Assembly (NCBI GenBank): GCA_051362555.1 | Contig: CM120641.1 | Coordinates: 6,200,001-6,264,000, forward strand | Length of the DNA stretch: 64,000 nucleotides | Source: Lingula anatina | Taxonomy: Eukaryota > Animalia > Brachiopoda | Reading direction: 5' to 3' | In this document: positions 56,526 to 64,000 of the stretch, in pieces | How positions within the stretch are numbered: position 1 is the first letter of the stretch | How the letters are laid out: each line of letters begins with the position of its first letter | The notes under the pieces: generated by a model | Seen by the model: only the letters and a program-made list of their open reading frames with translations | What the model was told of the DNA's origin: nothing | Databases searched by the model: none | Position numbers and translations under genes: made by a program

Positions 56526-56630
56526 CTTTGTCATAAAATGCAACTTAACAGGCAAAACACAACCCATCATAAAACCATTAACAAACCCCCTATGAGTCTG
56601 ACAGAATCTCTCCTCTAAAATATCCACCAT
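56526..56630 (-). CDS. Candidate alternative first exon (MVDILEERFCQTHRGFVNGFMMGCVLPVKLHFMTK)
   Basis: ATG to AAG|gtaagc, 105 nt, phase 0. The 3' end (tttatgacaaag|gtaag) is nearly identical to that of the 55297 exon (tttatggcaaag|gtaag). Confidence 0.5.
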
Positions 56631-56780
56631 ATGCCTTGCAACCTAGCTAGGTACGTGTTATTGAAATGTTTGCTCAAAGAAAAATGGAAGGAAGACACCA
56701 GACAAATAACTAAGGAAGACACCAGCCAAACAAAAGTCCATCTGATCATAAATGATCATAACTGAGAGGTGTTCACTCAC

Positions 56781-56810
56781 CTTCGACAAAATCAAAATGC
56801 TGATGCTCAT
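56781..56810 (-). CDS. Candidate alternative first exon (MSISILILSK)
   Basis: ATG to AAG|gtgagt, 30 nt, phase 0. Confidence 0.4.
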
Positions 56811-57109
56811 TCTGTCTATTCCCTTATTTGTGTGTTTAAAGAAACTAAAAATTGATGGTGATCATTTTTGTCCATATTACTAATAATTACCAGTATTTTG
56901 CTTCAAATAAAGATTTCCTTACAAAATGGTCAGTCAAAGATGCTTTAAATGGTGTTGGTTGTTTATATTTTTTTTCCACTTTGAAGAAAAAAATGTTTGT
57001 GCTGATACATAAACATGACATATACCAAGCAAACAACAGAGATAAATATATGCAATGTCATCTTTACTATATATATATCACCACTGTCCACAGTAATAAT
57101 ACTATTTAC

Positions 57110-57190
57110 CTTTTTGGTAAGAAATCCAAATATCCCACGGTTTCCTATTCGTCCCCCTTCTTCTAATTCCTTGAAATCTGCCATTTGCAT
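57110..57190 (-). CDS. Candidate alternative first exon (MQMADFKELEEGGRIGNRGIFGFLTKK)
   Basis: ATG to AAG|gtaaat, 81 nt, phase 0. Ends FGFLTKK, similar to FGFMAK. Confidence 0.5.
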
Positions 57191-58392
57191 GAACAAAACA
57201 AACAAGACTTCCAATTGAAAATAAAGCACACAATGTATCAAGTCAAATACATATTGTCATCTAATATGAACTGCAGTTTCTTAGTACTTTAGCTAAGCTT
57301 TCTTAAGAAGATCATGATGTGGTGAAAAAAAAAAATTAATCTGTCTTCCACTTCCATCAGGCCAAGGTATAGTACACATAATATGCTCTTCTCTATGACA
57401 TCAAAATCAGTTATTACAATTGTCAGGTGTAAAAACCTGAATATAGTTCATACTGCTAAAAATCCAACAACTTAAAAAAACTCACTTTTGAAAACGAACA
57501 AGATAGTGTGATAAATATTCTTAAAATAAAGAATGTATATCAGATGCATGCAACATCTAACACACCCAACATAATGATGTGACAATGTCAAGATGTTGCC
57601 AGTCATATTGCCAAATAACATGAAAAACCAAGGAAACATGTGAGGGAGAATAGCAGACCTGTGTCAGTTGGTGTAATTGTTACTGGTTGTGGACCTCAAT
57701 CACCAATGAAGAAGCCATCTTTGATGTGGTCAGGCTGGTAACAGAGAGATTATGAACAGCTGTAAAAAATAAGAAAGCTATACAAGTACATACACTGTAC
57801 ATACGCTATCAATAAAAAGATTATCAATGGAATTAAGTTGGATTTGTGCATTTCATTTTTCTACAAAATTGTATTTATCGTGTTAAATCATGGTCACCAC
57901 TGTTGGAGACTGAAAATTAATAAAAATAACATTAAATATAACATGTGAAAGATGAATATTGGTAAAATTTTAATGTCTTTCAGACTTCAGAATAACAAGG
58001 ATAAAAATTTTGAAACAATTCACCAAATTCTGAAGTAGTTATGTGTACATGTACAACCTACCTTAAAGTAGTGGTACTTACTGATCTTGCAAGTGTCTTA
58101 GAGTGCTTCGATCTCTTACTTTCATTACTGAAATGAGATTAAAACACAATGTTACAGTTATCTTACATCAGCAAATCTGTTTAAATTGAGTCAACAAAAA
58201 TGACACTTTAACATGCACAAGAATTACTGCCAAACAACTTTTGTCAATGTGAAAACTACATGCCACATTGCCATTACTTTTTATCTTTTTGTTCCGTCTC
58301 TATAAAAACAATCCAGTCTGACAAAATTTATAGCTGTTATGACAAGTTGACATAAGCGTTATCCACACTTAAATGTTTATATATCACATACA

Positions 58393-58683
58393 CAGGCCTA
58401 CCCAACTACCAGACTCGGTACCGAATGATCCTGAATTCACCAATAGATCGGACCACATTGCCCGTTTTCAAGGTGTGTATCAGTACGTGCTTTGAAGTAT
58501 TAGACGCTCTTCCCTAGTACGGGATGTGATAGTGATGATTCTCAGCGGGGTTGGAAAGTAGCGCATCTCATCTCTAAATTTGTTCCGAGGTATGATACTG
58601 TGAAATGCGTACTGACTCACACCTTAATAACGGGTAGTGTGGTCCAATCTACCGGTGAATTCGGGATCATTCGGTGAGGCCTG
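58393..58683. mobile_element. Short TIR element (MITE) with CAGG...CCTG ends
   Basis: Imperfect inverted repeats of about 47 bp (accgaatgatcctgaattcacc...cccgtt / aacggg...ggtgaattcgggatcattcggt) inside caggcct / aggcctg termini. ATACA directly flanks both ends (58388-92, 58684-88). Confidence 0.75.
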
Positions 58684-59141
58684 ATACAGTCAGTTATAGA
58701 AAACGGTTCAGAGGTACCCTATACCAGGGCCACAGATTGATTTTCACTAGATATTCACAGATGTCTCTGGCTAATCATGTACAAGTTACTGTACTGTGAC
58801 CCCCCCCCCCCCCCCACCACCACCACCCCTGCTGAAATCCAAGTGGTAATGGCCAGGCTGTTTGCACAACTACTAAGGCACTGCCTCTTGTCAAGTCCCT
58901 GAAAAGTCTCTCCGACAACAATCAAGGAGTTATAATTGTTATGCCTTTGATTGCCTGTTCTGCTGTAGGACAATTTTCATAAACTTTTCCTTTAAGATTA
59001 ACTAGTATTTACCGTGTTTGACCCACTGGTAAATAAAACATGTTTAATGATAAACTCGGATCAATGGCTTATATGTCTGTCTGTATTGTAGCAATATATC
59101 TGTCTACTGCAGCACATGTAGCTCCTACTTTCACATCTTAC

Positions 59142-59201
59142 CGCCGGGTGTCGCGGTCTCTGAGCGTCGTCGTGCTCAAATCGTCGTCCTAGTTTCAGCA
59201 T
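59142..59201 (-). other. Distal first exon of the RhoGEF (possibly coding MLKLGRRFEHDDAQRPRHPA, or 5'UTR)
   Basis: CpG-rich segment ending GCG|gtaaga, phase 0 relative to the ATG at 59201, adjacent to the shared promoter. Confidence 0.55.
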
Positions 59202-59689
59202 TACATATCTTTTATTTTTTACAGTTAATTTAAGCCTCTTAATCAAGAAGAACGAAGTGGTTTAATGTACTGAAATTTGCAAACGCCTAAAATTAGTACT
59301 TTTCATGTTTAATTTTCTGAATCAATTATAAGCCACAGCTAAAAACCATATATAAATTTTGGACTTTAGCGCAACTGCGCAGAACAGTAGAGCAACGAAG
59401 CACTCGAGTCACGTCACATAGGAAACGCCGCGTTGAATTCTGGGTGACCTGAAGTGTCAAGGTCATTGATGGGTGAGGGACTTATTGGAATATATTTTTG
59501 TTTTTTTGCATTTAAAACTTGCGTTGGTATGCTTTTCAAATCCATTTTATTGTTTTTAAGTAGAAGACTGTTCTCGATGTTAAACTGATTGCAAGTTATC
59601 GCCTGTCAATCCTCTAACATGCTTACAAGTTTCTAAAATGGTTTGCTGGTTTTTGCGCAGGTGACGGCTTGAGAATGTGAACTTTTCAA
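59202..59689. promoter_or_regulatory. Bidirectional CpG-containing promoter between the RhoGEF (-) and PCMT1 (+)
   Basis: About 0.5 kb between divergent first exons. CpG-rich core with tcacgtca (CRE-like, about 59409), tgcgca and reverse CCAAT (attgg). Confidence 0.55.
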
Positions 59690-59776
59690 ATGGTGATATT
59701 GAACCGCTGCAGGACCGCCGTCATTCGTTTCCTGTCTCTTTCGTCAGTTGTCTACGCCTACAGTAGATTGGCTGCC

Positions 59777-62018
59777 ATGGCTTGGAGGTCAAGTGGTAGT
59801 AATAATGAAAACCTTATTAATAATTTAAAAAGTAAGTTTTACCTTGGTTCACGTAAAGTGGATCACTTTCATTTTTACTGAAGACACACTAAGTAAGTGA
59901 CAGTGTAGACAGAATTGTAATTGTCGTAATTCTTTACTATTTTTCCTACTTAATGAATTTGATCTGATGTCCATACTCTTGTTCCAACTGTTTTTAGTTA
60001 TGAAATTAATAACCCGCACAAATATTACATGTTTTGTGAAGTAAATATACATGGAATAAATAAGAAATAAGCATTCACCTGACTAAATTGCTAGTTGACC
60101 AGGAATTTAATTTAGTTCTTTGATAACTTCCACAGTTTGATCACAATTAATGAATGACTTCAACAAGACAAGAAATTATATTGCAAGTTGCTGTATAAAA
60201 GTACAGCAAATTGAAAGAAACCATCGGACTCTTGATGATATTTTGTTTTAAAGGAAATGGTATTATCAAAGATGAACGAGTGTACCAAGCCATGTTACAA
60301 GTAGATAGAGGACATTATGCCAAACACAATGCCTATATGGACTCCCCTCAATCCATTGGTTATGCTGTTACCATAAGTGCACCACATATGGTATTATCTT
60401 ACAAAATATTCTATTTACTAAATTTTTTAAGGAATGATGTGCATTAAAAGTTAGATGCAATATAAGTGAATTTTATTTTCTTTTAGAACCATGCCATTCA
60501 CTTGGAAATATTTTTCTAGCACAGTTGATGTAAGATATATGTGTTTTTATCTCTACAGTAGCTAAGAATTGAAATTCTAAATACTCTGCTATGTTCTCAT
60601 GAATGTATAGTATTTATCTGATGGCTTTTAAATTTTATGTAGAATTTTTCCATACCAGGGTTAAATGAAAGTGGAATATCCCCAATAGAAAAACATGAAT
60701 GGAATTTTGTTTGTTTTTCCAGCATGCCTATGCATTACAACTGCTAAAAGATCATCTGTATGAGGGTGCATCAGCTTTAGATGTAGGCTCTGGCAGTGGG
60801 ATATTAACTACCCTAATGGCAATTATGGTAAACCTAAGATATTTACCAAAAGTACTTTTTTGTTTCAGTGTAATGTATCATTGAGTGTACAGTGATGTAA
60901 AATTGATGTTTCAGTGTAATGTATCATTGAGTGTACAGTGATGTAAAATTTAAAAAAAATCATTTCTATGATTTGCATATACTAAAAATCTCAAATAACA
61001 TGTCTGATAGTGATATAATACATTTTGCCTGTCATTTAAAATGATTGTTCAAGTTGTAGAGAGGTTAAGCCATTTCTAATGTGGAAAATCATGCTTTTGT
61101 TATACTGGATAATGACACTATTTCTGATTGGATTAAGTGTCCATAATCTCTCAGTTTCAGCCTAATTGCAAAATGAATAACCTGCAGTTATTTTTCACAG
61201 GTTGGTGAAGAGGGTCATGTGGTTGGAATAGATCACATTGATGAACTGGTAAAAGATTCCATCACAAATATCCGCAAGAATCCAGCGCATGGTGCAATGC
61301 TAGACAGTGGACGAATCAAAATGGTTGTGGGAGATGGCCGTAAAGGGTATGCAGAAGATGGTCCTTACGACGCCATACATGTTGGTGCTGCAGCTCCTAA
61401 CCTTCCACAGCATGTAAGTATTTATAATGAATTTACAAATTGAAGTTGTCTTGGATTAATTTAAGTAGTTGTGGCAAGAAAATTGGAATGGCAGTCAAAA
61501 GAAAAAAGATTTCAGAGAATTGGAAAGATGTCCTTATTTCAGTTTAAGTGTCAGAGATTGGTGGACAGGTAATCATTGACAATTGATTATTATAACCAAT
61601 GACTGAGCATGTGAGTGAAAACTTTGGGGCCAACCAATTACATATGGGTATATATGTCTTGACTAAAAAATGTGTATAATTTCGCTAATTTGGATGGAGT
61701 TTTTTCGGCATCCAAGCAGCTGTTACTTTCTGTAGATGTTTGGCAAATTATGATTTAGCTTAATTTAATGGCTCATTTTTTCCCATCAGCCATGTTTCTA
61801 TATTATTTCAGCCATCCGTGTTTCAATATTTATTCCAGCTAGTAGAACAACTGAAGCCTGGTGGTCGTCTCATCTGTCCAGTTGGACCTGAAGGACAGAC
61901 GCAGAAATTACAACAGGTGGACAGAAACCAAGATGGAACTGTCACCAAGAAAAACCTCATGTCAGTTGTATATGTTCCCCTAACCAACAAAGAAAAACAG
62001 TGGGCTCCATGGAGATGA
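59777..62018 (+). CDS. PCMT1: Protein-L-isoaspartate (D-aspartate) O-methyltransferase, isoform with exon 5a
   Basis: Exons 59777(or 59690)..59831, 60254..60390, 60723..60827, 61201..61413, 61839..62018. Motifs [59 protein letters not shown]. Confidence 0.97.
60861..60950. repeat. 46-bp tandem duplication in PCMT1 intron 3
   Basis: tgtttcagtgtaatgtatcattgagtgtacagtgatgtaaaatt occurs twice in tandem, identically. Confidence 0.9.
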
Positions 62019-62659
62019 GGAGAGTTACCAATTTATAATATGCACAGAGCAAGTTACTGTGCGTTGGATCAGTACAAGAACAGTTAAATGACAGTCTTAT
62101 GTTTTATTTTACTTTCAGTATATGCCATGTCAGCTTCCCATTATGTTAGCATACACAGAAAATAATAACAGTTATTTTGCTTACTTGTAGTCCAACAAGA
62201 TTTACCAAAAACATCAGTATGGATTTACATGTATCAAGTTTTTGAAGAGAAATGTAGGACTTTACCATAGAAAACATTCCAACATGGACATTATTTAAAG
62301 GATCAGGTTCTAACTTTCAGAAGAAGTATGTGGCATGAAATGTACCCTATAAGGCAGCTTATGCAGTATTTGATTCCTTACAGACTGTCTGACATTTAAC
62401 TCTTTGACCGAGGTCCACATGAAAACATGAGAGTTTTGCCCAGGAGGGACAAAAACTTTGACATTGTGCTGGAGTTATGAAGAATATACTGATTTGTATA
62501 TGCATCAGCAAGTTAAATAAGTTGATAAGTTGCAGCAGGAAGATATGAAAAAAAAAGAAGGGATGGATAATCTTGAATTGATATTGTCTGAAATATTGCC
62601 CAAAAGTAAAATAATGTACATAGTTTTGTGATTGTTTTATTGCTTTCATTTGTTGACAG

Positions 62660-62911
62660 CTCGTTGATCAACTTAAACCTGGAGGCAGGCTGATAATACC
62701 TGTAGGCCCAGAGGGGCATAACCAGCAATTAGTTCAAGTAGACAAACGGCAGGACGGGACTGCTGACATACAGAACTTAATGCCAGTGATATATGTACCA
62801 CTCACAAACAAAGAAAAGCAATGGCCAAGGTGGATTATTTTGTTTGCTTTACTGACTGTAATTGTTCTTATTGCAATATTTTATCATTTAGCTTTCATAA
62901 GTGGGGTATAA
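62660..62911 (+). CDS. PCMT1: PCMT1 duplicated exon 5b (not in the ORF track)
   Basis: gacag acceptor, phase 0. Encodes [57 protein letters not shown]. Either splices at 62829 (AG|gtggat) or reads on through [26 protein letters not shown] to TAA at 62909-62911. Confidence 0.9.
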   Translation, partial: LVDQLKPGGRLIIPVGPEGHNQQLVQVDKRQDGTADIQNLMPVIYVPLTNKEKQWPRWIILFALLTVIVLIAIFYHLAFISGV

Positions 62912-63544
62912 TTTTTTCACATTTAGTGTATATTTTTTTAAAAATTAAATTAAGATTATAGTGAACAATTAACATTGAATTGAAATGTATTTTGTCTTTT
63001 GTTTTGTTTGCTTTCCACTTGTCACCAGACAATGAAAGGAAAGGGTTTTAACTTGAATGAAAGGAAAAAGTAATTAAGAAATTAAGAAATTTTCAAGAGA
63101 AAAAGAGTAGTTATTAGAGTGAAGTAACCTTAGAGTGTCAAATTTACAATGAAATACTTGCTACTGGACAAAAAAATTTCAGAATGATATTTGGCAGATA
63201 TTAGAAAAAGTTCATGGCATCCCAAAACTGCATATATGATAAATATGCTTAACCTGCTAATGATGAAAATAAAAGCACATAGTTCCGGTAATTAGATTTA
63301 ATTCATTATCTTTTAAAGATATTATATTATCATTTGGTTGTCCTTATTGTTTTCAAGTATGTAACTCCTAAATTGCATATTTGTAACTTGTTTGTCTTAC
63401 TCTATGCTGGAAAATTTGGCAGAGAGCGGCTTTTCATTCTTCAACTGAAAATATGTTAAATATGAAAAAGGGTGATAATAAAAATAATTATCTGAATGAA
63501 TAAAAACAAAATTTGAAATGTGAATCTTACATTGTTATTTTCAG

Positions 63545-63563
63545 AGGAAAGGAAGACCTGTAG
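63545..63563 (+). CDS. PCMT1: PCMT1 terminal mini-exon encoding (R)GKEDL*
   Basis: tatttcag acceptor, phase 2, completing the AG at 62828-29: AGA GGA AAG GAA GAC CTG TAG. Confidence 0.75.
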
Positions 63564-63873
63564 CAGTACAACACCAAGAAATGGTTTTCGGTTTTCAAGA
63601 GTGCTGTGGTCCCAGTTTGCCCTACTTTAACTTAACATACATTGCATAAAAGTGATAACTTTAGATGCAAATATGTAGTTTTGTGATTGATAACCAAACA
63701 GGCTATTTAACATATAAACACATTGTGAGTCATTTAGTTTGGATTCTTTTCCTAATTCAAGCCTCTCTGCCATACTGTTTAAACACAAAGGCAGGAGAAA
63801 GACTTCTTTATATTATAATTCTAGCATAATTTATTCATTGTGTGTGTGACCTAGGTACCAAAATCCCAGTGTT

Positions 63874-63875
<2 letters not shown>

Positions 63876-63911
<36 letters not shown>
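63876..63911. repeat. Poly-T tract
   Basis: Uninterrupted run of about 36 T. Confidence 0.9.
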
Positions 63912-63914
<3 letters not shown>

Positions 63915-64000
63915 ATAAAGGGCCTAAGTATTCCCAGTAAATGCTAAGTTTGCTCATACTGTAAGTGGTGCATGGCACCATATGTAGGATTGTTCCATAC

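Overview
AT-rich, intron-containing eukaryotic DNA from an invertebrate metazoan (mollusc-like by repeat types and mosaic CpG depletion; species not determinable). From left to right: the 5' part of an atypical Ras-like gene (-); three tandem Cdc42-subfamily (RhoJ/RhoQ-like) GTPase paralogs (+) with identical 3-exon structure and no CaaX box; GNMT (+); a large DH-PH RhoGEF of the PLEKHG1/2/3 family (-) converging on GNMT; and PCMT1/PIMT (+) head-to-head with the RhoGEF. Several non-autonomous TIR elements (MITEs) are present. The most unusual signals are (1) a duplicated, probably mutually exclusive exon 5 of PCMT1 giving alternative C-termini (-WAPWR, -GKEDL, or a hydrophobic tail anchor) plus an in-frame presequence-like N-extension, and (2) an array of about six short phase-0 ATG-to-GT candidate first exons feeding one common RhoGEF exon. 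All exon structures were read by eye from GT/AG sites and reading phase; none has transcript support here.
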